NCBI GenBank assembly: GCA_017499595.2
Contig: CM039006.1
Location: 2,604,001-2,668,000, forward strand
Direction: 5' to 3'
Source: Psilocybe cubensis
Lineage: Eukaryota
DNA length: 64,000 nt
Shown: positions 34,290-47,519 of the stretch, piece after piece
How positions within the stretch are numbered: the first letter of the stretch is position 1
Layout of the letters: each line of letters begins with the position of its first letter
Position numbers and translations under genes: made by a program
Notes under the pieces: model-generated
Databases searched by the model: none
The model's input: only the letters and a program-made list of their open reading frames with translations
Told to the model about the DNA's origin: nothing

Positions 34290-36710
34290 CTACGAGCTCT
34301 GTTTCTTGGGAAGAAATCCAAAGAACTTCCCCCTTTTCTCTTTTTTGGCTATTGCCTCCCGCACCTCATGTTCGATCTCTGCATCACTAATATGGCCTCC
34401 CAAAGAGTACCATGTTACTGCCATCATGCCCAACACAGCAGTTAGCACACACCTAAAGCAACAGACAGTATAAGCGCCTATTTACGGAGAGGTATTATTA
34501 AAGAAATTACCCAGCCATTGCACCGATGCCTTTAGGGTGCCAACCCAGCTTCTGAGGGAAGGGACCCAGAGGCAGTCCAGTAAGGTCTGTCGCTGATGCA
34601 ATCCCGGCGGCGTTTCCAGATATAGGTTTCCCCAGCGCTTGACAGTGGTCGTACATAACCTGTGGTACATTTTCGCGGAGCGCTTGGGCTTGCAAAGGGG
34701 CTTCAACCAGCTGAATAGCCAAGCCGACTTCGAGGTGCCATTCGATGTGACCTTCCATGCAAATGTAAGCATGGTATAAATATTTTTAAAAAAATGAATA
34801 CGCACAGTGGAAGAACCAGACTCCTGGGTTATCAGCCACAACGCGTAGCGTAGCCGAATTCATTGACGGGATTTGGATAGTATCTCGTCGGATGGGATTT
34901 TTCTGTCCTTCTACGATGGGGGGATTGAGAGCAGGATCATTAGAAGTATAATCCTGAGATCTCCCGACTATCATTGGTTTATGTCCGTGTAAATGGCTAA
35001 GGCGTGCGGCAAATTTGTAAGAACATTATCAGAAAGAGAGAGGGAGAATACTAACAAAGGGTGCTTTCCGGCGTCTCCGTTTTTCACAATAATATCGACG
35101 ACGTCCATATGTTCGATCACAAAGCTGAGGGGTCCATACGCGCTTTGAGCAGTTGCATTGGGCCCCAAAGTCATCGTAGAAAATATAGCGGGGACCAAGG
35201 GCGAGTTGTACGTAATTTGGTTGAACATGGCGTGATTTGTCCCGTCGTTCATGGTATCGAAAGTAACCTCAAGTTCAATCGTCTTAGTCGCGACAGGCTG
35301 GGCTATCTCAATAATAGGGACAAGAGAAAGGTCGTCTACATCGTGATATTCGTTCACGAATCCGAGGTCGGTGAGGGGTGCTGAGGAGTCGTAGGTTATT
35401 GAAGATGTGATATCTGAAAACCGGGTCAGTGTTATCTGTATTTGACAGAGTATATTTATTACTGACTGGGATTCAGGGTGTCGGGGACAGTGTCGAACAT
35501 GTCTGTATCCATGTTTGCGTGGATCACCCAATTACTCGTTGTGTCATTTCTTGCCGTAACCAGAACGGAGTACCTCTGGGCCACTGTAATACTCAGTAGA
35601 TCGATAGGTGATTCCTGCACATCAGTCTACAGTGAGAATGAAAATATACAAATTATCAGCATGAAGTCGATTATTAAAAATGCACACAAACGTACACCAT
35701 CGACTTCAATTATCCTCATGTCGTGCCCGTCGATCCAAAAAAAGAAGGCTGAGAATGCAGAAGTATTGACGATACGAAGTCGGTACGTTTTGCCAGGTTC
35801 AAAGGGGAGCGTTGCATTTTCGTTGAATCCTACTGCTGATGTAACAGATGATGGACTGGAACCAGCAACAGGCCCAAGATAGGTCGAATTTTGTGCAAAA
35901 TAGATCAAGGCAGAATCTAAGAGAGTGCATTAGCCAATACAATTTCCGACGTGCTTGTCCGGATAACTTACCAGGCACAGGTTCAGCTCCACCTGGATTG
36001 GCGATGTTGACGAATTGTTTGATGAGCACGGAGTGTTCGTCGTGATACCAGTCACCTAATACGACTGTAAATTCTTCATCATACGAGTGAACCTCTTTCG
36101 GCGGATGAAGAACCACTGGTGCTCGCAGTCCGTCGACGTATTGGCCCTGAAGAGACGTAAGATTGGGGGTAAAATGTTGCATAAGAATGCCCTACCGATG
36201 CATGAGCATGGACCCAATATGTTCCCCATTGTCCCGATGAATTTATAGGTACGACATAGTCGAATTGTCCACCAGGAGGGATGCCACTAGCGAGAATATT
36301 AGTCATGGGTGTTCAATACTATAGCTAAAGCAGTCGTTACCATTCAGAGACACCTTGAGCGCCGTCCATCCACGAAGTCGAATTGAAGAACATGCCATGA
36401 TGATGGAGGGTGGTCGGCTGGTCAATCGAATTGGTTACGTGAACCAGCAATGAATCATCCGTAGAAACGGAGATTGGGGGAGGCCTTGAAAAATAAAGCA
36501 AAAGAGTTAGTTCGTAGGCTTTACTGTATTTATTGAATATACTGACGGCCATGTATTGTTAACACCTATAACCCGACGTTCAAACAAGCCGTCTGGGTTA
36601 GCATTCTGGATATAGGTGATATTCCACCATATTTCTTGGACACCTGCAATGACGGGTAGCGCCCAAAGTGCCAGAAAGATTGGCGCAGCGACAATACGGC
36701 TAAACGCCAT
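34290..36710 (-). CDS. FET3: Multicopper ferroxidase (Fet3-type, AA1_2)
   Basis: Signal peptide. Copper motifs LHHHG, YWVHAH, GKHP|xHLHGH and ADNPGVWFFHC|HIEWHLEVGL. C-terminal transmembrane helix. Divergent to an FTR1 gene. Confidence 0.95.
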
Positions 36711-36880
36711 CCGTTGTGTAGGAGAAGAAGAGGGGAGAACAGGGGGATTCGGAACAGAGAAAAGTTCTCAAATTCGACTTATCCCTTTTGAATGTGGTTC
36801 TAGTTCGTAAGATGAGAATCGGGGCACGCGCAAGGCAGACAAACTAAAAATAGCGCTCGGCAACAGGTTGCCTGAATGTA

Positions 36881-37300
36881 ATCTGATAAGGAATGGAGGA
36901 TCGTGTGACTAGAAAGATCATCAATAGGCTAAATCCCATGCAGCAAGGACGTCAGAGGATAGAACCGGAGCATGTACCTTTCAGGTTAACTTTTCCATCG
37001 TTAGCCACACGCCGAAGCGAATGATTTCCGCTGGAAAGAATGGTTAACACCAGATTGTTGGATGCATAAGAGACTCAACCCTCCTCTGCGTTTCATTCAA
37101 AATGGATCGCTTATGTCCAATAATTCCGTGGAGCAATTTATCAAATCTTCTGGAACGAAATATGACAGGCTATGGGATAACAAGGTAAATGTTGGGTGAG
37201 AGACACAGGCGGATATTATGGCGGCCATCTTATCAGATGACTAGATCTTATCAGATTGGACCCTACACGCTGCAGCAACGAGGGTCTTCCGTTATCAGAT
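36881..37300. promoter_or_regulatory. Iron-responsive GATA boxes (ATCWGATAA; SreA/Urbs1/Cir1-type) in the bidirectional FET3-FTR1 promoter
   Basis: ATCTGATAA at 36881; TTATCAGAT at 37230, 37248 and 37292. Confidence 0.85.
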
Positions 37301-37479
37301 TACCCATGAGCTTATGAGAATTTAACTGAAAACAGTTTAAGCCCCGCATTGCTCCTCGGGTAGAAGTTCCTGACTTACATTTCTACTCCGAATAGGACTT
37401 CCAAATTTCTCATTTATGGCACTAAGTATGGCTTAAACGTCCTTCCGAACCCACCTCCCAGTTCCTGCACAAGGTTGAG

Positions 37480-39174
37480 ATGGCGAGAAATTTGTTCTCA
37501 GTCCCTATTTTCTTCATCGTCTTCCGCGAGACGCTGGAGGCAGCCATAATCGTTTCTGTTCTCCTAGGCCTGGCAGAGCAGATCGTACATGACGACAACT
37601 CAGATGACTCGCGGGCACCAGCGGCGACAACGCCATCCACACCCTCTGAAGAGGATAAACAGTCGGCCAGCGAAATCTCTGATTCCAGTCCCGCTGGCAA
37701 CGACGCAGTTCAGCGCCGACGTCTCGTTCGTAAACTACGCATTCAAGTGAGCTTATATGGAAATAATTACCCTTTAAAGTATGCTAAGTCGTCCTAGATT
37801 TTCTTGGGAGCTGGCCTTGGCCTCTTCATAGCGCTAGCAATTGGTGCCGCGTACGAAGTTCACCCCTATAGAATTTAAACTTCGCTAACGTCGAGTTTTC
37901 TCCCTACATAAAGATTTATCGCGGTATGGTTTACAAAGGCTTCTGACCTCTGGTCCAAGTCGGAGGAACTATGGGAAGGTTCGTTCACCTACAATGGATA
38001 GGTAGACGCAACGCTAACTTGCGACCACCATAGGTATCTTCGAACTTATCGCGTCACTCATGATATTTGTCATGGGCATTACAATGCTCAAGATGGACAG
38101 AGGCAATTACTTTTTCATTCCTTTTGAAGCATGCTATTTCATTGACCACGTCCATTTAACAGCCAAGGCAAAATGGCGCGTCAAGCTATCTCGCGCGTTT
38201 GAGGGAAAACGTAAGACTTGTGAGAAATCGTGTCATGTAATGCATATTAAATTTCATCCAGAGGCCGACGGCAAAGCTCGAACTGGGAAATGGGTGCTTT
38301 TCATCTTGCCGCTCATCACTGTCTTAAGAGAAGGTAGGAGCATTCAATGCATGCCTCAAGCCATGCTCACAGTCTTGCCGTATTAAGGTCTAGAGGCCGT
38401 GATCTTTGTTGGCGGAGTATCGTTGGGACAACCTGCGACTTCGATTCCTATTGCCGCCATCGTGGGGCTCGTATGCGGATTCGCATGTGGACTTGTCATC
38501 TATGAATTTGCGAGTCGCTCCAGTACGTTTTCCTTGTTGTGCCTTTCTTAATCATATTAATTTCCATTTCTTCATAGCTTTGACTATCTTCCTTGTGGTC
38601 ATGACCAACTTCCTGATGTTAATTGGCGCTGGCTTGTTTAGCAAGGCAGTGGGGGCTTTCCAAGAGAATGCTTTCAACAGGTTGCTTGGCGCAGACGTCG
38701 ATGATGCAGGCGGTGATGGCCCAGGGTCATACCTTGTCCAAGGGAATGTGTGGCATCTTGACTGCTGCAACCCAGACAGCAAGTTCGATGGCGAAGGTTG
38801 GACCATTTTCGGAGCCATTTTTGGGTGGACTAATAACGCCACCTGTAAGTACATCCCTTCCAACACGTCAAAAAATATACTGACTCCTTGAAGTGGGAAC
38901 CGTGCTGTCTTACGTGTTCTATTGGCTGGCAGTCATCGTTGCCCTGATCTATATTAAATTTAAAGAGGTGAGACGCGCTCTCTAGACATGTCGACATGCT
39001 CATACTTACAATTTAACATGAACGCAGGGAAGGACTACACTCATGGGACAAGAATCTGCAGCTGGTGTTCGCAGAAGAAGAGCGAGGGAAATCAAAGAAA
39101 TTGAAGCCAACGAAAAGGCAACTGAGTCACCACAAGAAGGCTCCTCCCCTGACGTAGCCACTCTTCCTCGCTGA
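37480..39174 (+). CDS. FTR1: High-affinity iron permease Ftr1
   Basis: FSVPIFFIVFRETLEAAIIVSVLL, SEELWEG, ITVLREG|LEAVIFVGGV (two RExxE motifs), VWHLDCCNP, FGAIFGWTNNAT. Confidence 0.96.
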
Positions 39175-39466
39175 TTCCCTCCCATTCCTCCTTCCATTCC
39201 CTCAAAATGTCCATTTCTGTACTGTATTCGGTCCTACAAATATGAATCGTTCTAAAATGAGATGAAAATAACTTTTTCGATATTTTTTTTCGCGTGTGTG
39301 GTCCTATAGTAAACGTCACTCCGGATAAACTGAAGATTCGGGATAGTGTCTACAGCGCGTAGCCGGAAGTATGGTTTCAATATGACATCGGTGTGGGAGA
39401 GGTGAAGCATTCTACTTTAAATGCCTAATTCCACCCATTGAAAAAAATCACATCGGCTATGAGTCG

Positions 39467-40051
39467 CTTATCAGATAAGATGATCCAATGAGAACATCTC
39501 CGTGAGATTTCGTTTTGCGGCATTACGCTTCTGAACGTCCAGCAAACCTTAGATCAAGCCTGAAAGTTGAGCCGTGTCGACAGGTCTCGCACGACCCATT
39601 GGTGTTCTTAAGCGCGTGAAGCCCTCGAACTCGCAACCTAATGTGAAAAACGGTATACATAGATTGATATTCGGAATGGAGTCCGACGTTCGCTCCGATG
39701 GTGTCATTATTTCGCGTGGCTCTCATCGCCCACCCCATACTTTCAAAAGATGAGGATGCTCTGTGAGACTTGAATCCCACAATTCACTGTAATAAAGCAA
39801 TATCAGATTCACTTATTAAACCACAAGAACGGGAATCGATGTCACTTCAAATCTCAGTAGCTTTTGCTTTCCGATGTTTCCATTCCAGTGATAGTTCTAT
39901 GACCCTTTACCTGACCTACCCGCTACCAGTGGTATGGATCCAATGAAGAACATCGCCAGCATTGCGCCCCCAATGGAATACTGGGATAGCGCAATCATAG
40001 CGTTCAGTTTCAGTTTGCAAGCTAGCATACCATCTTATCTTATCTGATAAG
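39467..40051. promoter_or_regulatory. Two palindromic double-GATA boxes upstream of the P-loop gene
   Basis: CTTATCAGATAAG at 39467-39479 and CTTATCTGATAAG at 40039-40051. Confidence 0.7.
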
Positions 40052-40198
40052 AATTGTCACTCATTTGCTTACGTGTTGCCGCATGGCGCAATTAAGCGAG
40101 CAGTGAGATAATGATAAATCACTGGTTTCCTTCCTCCCTCTACTTCCGCTTCTTGCCCTGGCGTTACACTGAGCAATCCTCTGAGCTCGGTTTCTGCA

Positions 40199-42195
40199 AT
40201 GGAGGATAGTATAAGTACAAGCGCCGAAAGTGTGCGCACATTGTACCAAGCGCACGGCGACAAGAGCAAGGACAAGCTTCAGGAGGTCCAAGCCTGGCAG
40301 TGGGAGCGCGAACAGTACGTCTAGCATCTGAATCCTTACGATTTAAACTAACTGAAAGATACCGCAGGAAAGAGAATTCAGATGTAATAGCTGGACCAAG
40401 TTCAGGAAATTCTACAGTTGGAGCTGTACCGCACGAACCCAGCGAGATCCATGTACATGCTCTCGTCCTTCCATCACCACCGTCCAGCCCAGGGCCTAGT
40501 CGAAGTCCTTCTGTCGACAGCGTTTCAGAGTCCTCTTTACCATCAGTATCTTCATCTTTCTTCTTCTCGTCGTCGGCACCTGGAAGCCCAGGGCGCTTCT
40601 CGCACCCAGGGTCGTACCCCTCGTCTCACCCACATTCGGAACATGGGAATGACCACGAGCACCAACACTACGAACAGGACTATGGATCGGGTCTCATAAT
40701 CCCCTCACTTGCTCTCCCGGAGGCACTTCGGCGACCGACGCCATTCGGCCAGACGCTTGGAAACCTGAAGATACTCGTCCTCGGTGGACAGGGTGCGGGG
40801 AAGAGCTTCCTTACCGGGCTTCTGCTGGAGGATAACGAAGACGTCGTCGATGTTGGGACATGGGATGATTGGAGTGGCAGCAAGAATGCGTATGGGAAGG
40901 TGTTGAGGGCCTCTACGGATTGGTTTGAACGCCGTGAGATCTTTGGACAGGAGAGGTACGAACCGACGAAGAATGTGGAGATTGTCGAGTTACCGGGATA
41001 CTCGCATGATGCTGATGTGAGTTCATTCATAATTGTTCTAGCTTTTATTTGTCGTGCTAAAGTTTTATCAGGCAGCTGAACTCATAAATCGACTCAAAGC
41101 AATTATCGAGGTTCCATTCCGTGCATTACAGGACGCGCTAAACCCTGAGGGCACACCGTCAGCTGTAATCGCCAATATGCTAGCTGCCCCAACCTCCCCA
41201 CTGTACACGGCTATGGTGTTTCTTCTCCCTTCACGTGAGTTATCTACTTCTCACTGATTATTCGTTCTATAATTACACCTCATACTAATTCTTGGTTGTT
41301 GGACCATGTAGCACCGACACCACTTGACAAAGAAATTATCCATGCTCTGTCAACGCACATCCCTCTAATAGTACTTCCACGCCTATCGTCCTCTTCTATT
41401 GCAGCATCTACCCCCCACTCTTCTTCTTTTGGCTCTCAACGAGCGAAATTGTCAGCTTTCCGACCACCTACGGCTGTCTCTCTTCGTGCGGGCCTGTTCC
41501 ACTCACCTGAGACCGTTAGCCTGTTGAGAAAGGAGGCAGTGGAAAGATTTTTACGATGGTGGGAGGTGGAACGGGCGGTACAAGGTATCTTAGAAGGGAC
41601 GTTTGACGGTGTGAGCTGGGGAGTTGAATCCAGGGGAGTGGGGGGCAAACGAAGACCGAGTAACGGAAGTTCTCCCTACCGTGAGGAAGGAGAGGGAGAG
41701 GAAGGAGAGGGCGTGGAACGATGGAGTAAGGAGAAGTGGGAGTCTGAATGGATGGGCGACTACTCCCGAGATGTCGCGCTTCGCATCAGGGAAAGCAGGA
41801 ACAGCGGTACAGTAAAGGATGAGACAGTGGGAACTCAGATGAGGAGGAAACTTGAACGGCGGAGTACTGTTTCCTCGAAGACCTTTACTACTCAGAACGA
41901 CAGCAAACCCGAGGAGGTGAACAGTGAGAGGTCGCGACCCCAGCGACAATCGCAATCTCATGATTGTCATCCTCAACCTCTTCCCCCGCCTTTTGATCCC
42001 TTGCATCTTCCCTCACTTCTCATGTTCTCCTTTTCGCTCCTGGGTCCTTTGAAAGCTAGACTGGGAGAGACCATTCGTGGGCTTGCGGATTTCTTGACGT
42101 TTGGAGATGCCAAAGTTCAGCTCGCGGTCGGGTTGACGGGAGGATTCTGTGTTGGAGTTGGACTAGGTGTGTGGGCGTCGGGGAGAGGGTGGTAA
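40199..42195 (+). CDS. Hypothetical P-loop (septin-like GTPase-fold) protein with Ser-rich N-terminus and C-terminal membrane anchor
   Basis: KILVLGGQGAGKS Walker A; VEIVELPGY (G3-like); THIPLIVL; hydrophobic C-terminus LAVGLTGGFCVGVGLGVWASGRGW. Four exons inferred. Confidence 0.7.
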
Positions 42196-42585
42196 CGATC
42201 CTCTTTGCATTGAAATGAACTCCAGTACCAAGTTAGGTTGAATAACATGGGCATTAACGATTTTATGTGACATTCATGACGATGACTGCTTTCTTTTGCT
42301 TTTCAGGGGCTTGATCATTACTATCTGCCAGTGCTTTTATCAATTCCATAGTTTCCCTGTATTTATATCATCGTGGAGCTTTTTTGTAACTAACCTTTTG
42401 TATTAATACTATGTTTCATACTGCTCAAAATCTGTGTATTTGTTCGTGTGGTCGTACATACTGTGGATCTTTTATTTTTACAAATTTTACATCCATAGAT
42501 CACGAATCCACGATTCACTGTAATCTGCCCTTAGATTAGTTGCTCGCGCGTGATGGAAAAGGGTGTCAATCATGGAAAGAAACCG

Positions 42586-44816
42586 TTAGTGGTCTTCCTC
42601 CATGCTGTCTCTAATTAACTGCTCTGCTGAAGAATTTCTGGGTTCTATTGTGCATTTAAAAGGGTATGGGTATCTGAAAGAAAGACGTTAAAAAAGACTT
42701 CAGCAATTTATTTACGCGACAGGAGTTAAGAATGAATTACGAGATGAATCCGCTCGTGAATTTAGCCTCAAGTTTTATAGGGTTCCCGAATTCGTCGATG
42801 GCTGGCTTTATATCGTACACTGCCAGTGTCGACGCTACAATCAAGTACAAAGAGTTGTCGCTTAGATGTCTCCCGGGGCAGATACTGGAGTTAACGTGCA
42901 TTAGTGCATTTTCAAATGATATGGGCAATTGAATCATTTTTTATTGCTCACCGGCGTCCAAAGCCAAACGCTGCACACTCGGGGCTTCTGACAGTGTGAT
43001 CTAACTTCCCATCCTTCAAGTAGCGCTCGGGCTTGAATTCCATCGGGTCGGGAAAGACCTCTGGGTCGTGCAAGATGCTCCTACGTCAGGATGTTATTTT
43101 TGCCCTAGTGCAAGCTGCGGCCTCCTAAGATGGACGCACCATCCGTTTGGCATCACCACCGTTCCTCGTGGGATGAAATATCCATCGTATTCGTCGTCAT
43201 GAGTGGTCATATGAGCTATAGCTATAGTTAATAGAGCATTAGAAATGTCACAGTTTAATGTTAAATCAACGGAAATCAGATACCTAAGGGCAAGACTTGG
43301 TTCCATCGCATGCTTTCCTTGACAATAGCATTGATATACGGCAATGAATCGCAGTCTCCATAATCTGGCAGACGATAGGGACCGACTACGGCGTCCAGCT
43401 CTGCATGCGCCTTCTTCAGTGCTTCCGGGTACATTGCCATGGCCAAAAATAACGTCTGCACTGTCGAGACAGTCTAGAATGGGGCCAATTAATTAGCCTT
43501 TGAGTCTTGACAGTACTTGTTACCTACAGTGTCTGCTCCAGCTGGTCCAAGATAAGAGTCAGCCGTCAACGTCACTTTTCAGTAAATGGGTGTGTATAAA
43601 TACCAATATACGCGACGGATGTCGCGTGCTTCGCAATTTGTCTTTCCTCGGAGTAGAGGGGATCATCCTTTTCAGGCAAACGACTGATCAGCGACGTTGT
43701 GACCGAAGGGACCACCTCTCTGTCGTTTGTCTATCCAAATGGTATATTGTCAGTTATCGGTAATTTTAGGAGGAAAATATGCACCTACAAGTTCATTTTC
43801 AATGTACTCAAATGGCTTGTTGATTACATCGTTGTTGAGCCTACTCCAGTACGCAGCCTTCCTTTTGAAACTAGCTCCTGGGAACCAGGACGGAATATAG
43901 AGCAAAGCGGGAATTAGATCAACTAGGTATGAACCGGGTATCGCTGTTTCTACAAGGCCTTGTAGTGCCTCTTCTGCATTTGATATATACGGATCCGATG
44001 TGTCTTCAACAGTGATACCATACGTTATGCCCATGATGATGGCTGCAAACGTGCTATAAAAAGATATTTCTCAGCGATCAATATAGTGAATCTAAGTCAT
44101 TTAAGTTACTCACTGCCGTACGTGATGCATAAAATTCTCTGGGGATTGTTGAAGTCGGCGAAGAAAGCCCCGAACTTCTCGTATCTGGATCGGGTTGTAC
44201 ATATGAACCATGTTGCGGTGAAAATGCTCATTGAAAGCCTTTCTGTGCCGTCTCCACCATTGTCCATACGGAATAAACGCCATGCTGTACCCCCAGTTCA
44301 TCCTGTTGTAGTGTATTAACGGAACCTTTTCATTGTTGCCAAAGATGTAGGCTTACAGTTCAACAACCATGGGCATCCGCACTCTGTCCGAATAGTTTGA
44401 AGATCGCTTATCGAGGAGGTCGTTCGCTCGCTCGAGAGATCCTAGGATCAGAATCGGTTGACCGAGGACTTCCATATATATCATATCGCCTGTTGAGAAA
44501 GAGGTAATTAGTTGCAATCAATAACAGCGACATAATGATAGGGGATGTACAACTTGCCATATTTCTTAGTCCATTGATCATATACAATATGAGGGCTGTC
44601 CGCAGGGTGGGGAACGTCAAATAGATTTCCGATTATAGGGTATCCTTTGGGTCCCGGGGGTGGAGGAAGATTCTTGGGGTTGCGCTTGCGTTTTCTGGAT
44701 TTATCAACAACCGCCTTCACAGTAAGCACATAGCCCAGCGCAACAGCGCTTGAAGTAAGCAGCGGGTAGGCCGATAGCCTCTCAAAAGCCGTGGATAACA
44801 ACTCAACCAAGGGCAT
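42586..44816 (-). CDS. Cytochrome P450 (CYP64-clan / CYP5144-like, multi-exon)
   Basis: N-terminal anchor plus PPGPKGYPIIGNL; YGQWWRRHRK; KESMRW (ExxR); FKPERY; AFGFGR|RICPGRHL heme cysteine. Confidence 0.93.
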
Positions 44817-46278
44817 CGCAGCAAGGGAGAAGTAGCGCCTTGTCCTGTAGAACCAGGGTCCAGTATTTATCCTCGTAGTTGACAGACAAGACAGCGAAAG
44901 TGTTCATCACAGCTCCAAAGTTCTATTCGGGTACCCTGGAGCGGGTGCTATCTCACATTCATGCGGTACAGCGTCTGGCAGACTAGGGCCGAGAAAACCT
45001 GTGGCAGATGTTCAAAATAGAAAAGTTGAACTGAATGCTTTGAGACTTATCGATGACGCTACCCTTGCATAATATTCCACGTGAAAAGTCTGGGGAGAGA
45101 TCCTGACTGTCTGGCTGATACAGTGTGGGTAAAGAAAGCACGTCAGTGGCAGAAAAGATCGTAATTGGCGTACAGTGGTGGCAACTCCTATTAGACCTGC
45201 TATCTGTGACAACAGCAAGACAATCCTCTCAATCTCCGCTTAAATCTCAAGTGGCGGGAAGAAGACATGGGCGCTTCGAACTTGTAGAAACTCAGGTGCT
45301 GGTAGTAGTCAAAAACCAAAAAAGTACATTGTGGGAGGGAAAGGCACCCTCCATTACGTTTTCTTCCCCTCAACTTTCAGGAACTGTCCGTCTACACTTT
45401 TTTTACGTTTTCCAAGTGTCAACGGGCGGCCATCGCCAGGCAAGTCACATTCAGAAGACGTTAACGTCTATGCAGCGAATGCCGCTCGTCTTACTCGTCA
45501 CCCACGCCTCTGACCTTGCATAGAAGGCATGAGACGTGTTCGCTTATGATTTTAAGATAGATTTTTTAGATTGTTAACGCATTATCCATCAATCATCTGG
45601 GTGCTCCATTCTAACTTGAATATTTTGGATGATATTCTTCTGATGATTTCTCAAAAAGTACGTCTGGAGACGGGGATCAGTGCCATTGTGCAGAAAAATA
45701 TCAGGTGGACTGATGAGAGATAATTGGATAGGTGTGAGATCCTGTGGGATTTGCTTAGAGGAATATAGACATTCCGCGAATAGCGTACACGATGTGTAGT
45801 AGCTTCTCCATGTGAGAAACATATACCTTCTTTACCACTCCAGACAAGGGATGTTTGGACGTTGAGGCAGAGATCAAGAATAAAGTCGTCAGCACTTTTG
45901 CCCGCCGTATGTGCAGCCCAAGCTCAAGTCACGTGACGTAGACTCTGATGATAGTTTATTTGGCATTATTACCGTAAGAAATCAAGATCAAACTCAGGAC
46001 AAACACTTCACGCTTGGGTTTTCGTTCTTTTCCGTTTCGTCCATGATCAATTTCAGCCTGATAAATATCAACCTCCAGCTAATATTTATGCACTATCAAA
46101 AGCAAGTTGTGACTCATAGATGGACTCCCGATGTTGTTGGATCCCATTTCGATCCTGTTTGACTTGGAGACGTCAATAATTTGTTCTTTTGAATGCCAAG
46201 ATTGGTCCCCACTGTAGGTACGTTCAGGCAACCTCTCTTAATTTTTCCAAAAACTATATAATCCAATATCTTACTCCT

Positions 46279-46675
46279 TTAGCAATAAACGCCGTAGCTT
46301 TGGTACTGCGCAACGGATGTAGAAACACATACTCCAGCTTGGTCGGTGTTGAGTCGTTGAATTACACCGCCGTGCTGATCGTTTTGCGGGTAGAGACTAA
46401 CGTGGCACTTTCCAAGAGCCTGGGTAATGACGATTGAAGACTGCTTGGGATTGAAATTTCCCTTGCACGATTTCCCAGGGCTTAAGCTGCAAGAAATGGT
46501 GGTCCCAGAGCCGCATGCTGGTGTGTTCGAATCAGTTTCTAGCTCATTGACATCCTCTCGGGTAAACACTGCACCTACCCGCTCCAACTGTGGCCACGTT
46601 AAATGCGACGTTGTTTGCCATCACCTGGCTGATCGCAATCCATGACGCAAGGGCTGCAATGTATATCAACTTCAT
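46279..46675 (-). CDS. Small secreted Cys-rich protein (needs a 37-nt intron or a frameshift)
   Basis: Signal peptide MKLIYIAALASWIAISQ lies in one frame. The six-Cys body (CGSGTTISC..SCKG..KCHVSLY..VCVS..YGVYC*) lies in another. Confidence 0.5.
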
Positions 46676-47519
46676 GGTGTTGTCGTTGTACTTTGGTTGG
46701 TTCCCGAAAGGCTGCTCAGATGCGCGATTACGTTCGGATCGAAAATAATTCTCTGCTTTATTGTTGGAGCGCCTGTTCAGTGTTTGCATGGACAGCCACA
46801 CATTCTTCCGCATTAACTGATATCTTCTAAACACAATCTAGATCGTTGATTTGATCCATCTGCCTCGCCTACCTATTAACTTGCACTAACTTGACTAATT
46901 TGGCTATGATGGAGGTACACAACTCGACACTAAACCACTAAAGACCTGTCTTACGCTCTAGTGAATGCCAAGAAGTGCTAGCTACCAGGGCGTTCCCCAT
47001 TATTGCTTCCATGCGCACGCCAAATAAAACCTGTTTCCCTTTAGCTTCTACCATCGCTGCACTTTGACGTTGACCTGACGTTATGGTATGCCACTCACTT
47101 TGCACCGTTCATTGTCAGGTTGATAAGCTCGTGGAGATACATGATGGCGTGTGTCTAAGGTTTACTGGAGTCCTCGAACCACTGGTCTATATTCCATTCG
47201 CGTTTCTCGCACATTATCAGCTCTATGAGAAGCGGGTCCTGTTTTTACTTCACATGATTTTCAGAAAACTAGTTATGAGTTAATAGTGAGAGTATGAGTT
47301 TTTAAGAGAAGCCTAGGATACAGAGTGCCTAATACCCGTTGGACGACGTTGGACGAATAGAGTGCCACAATTTACACCAAATTAGTGTGAATCTATAAAA
47401 ACTTACTATTGCGGAAGTAAACCAACAACTGGGTTTGAAGGGGGGTAAATTTTCGCTGTAGCTAAAATGCAGGAGATAGAAAAAAAATCTTGATCCACTG
47501 TCACCGTTACATTGCATAA

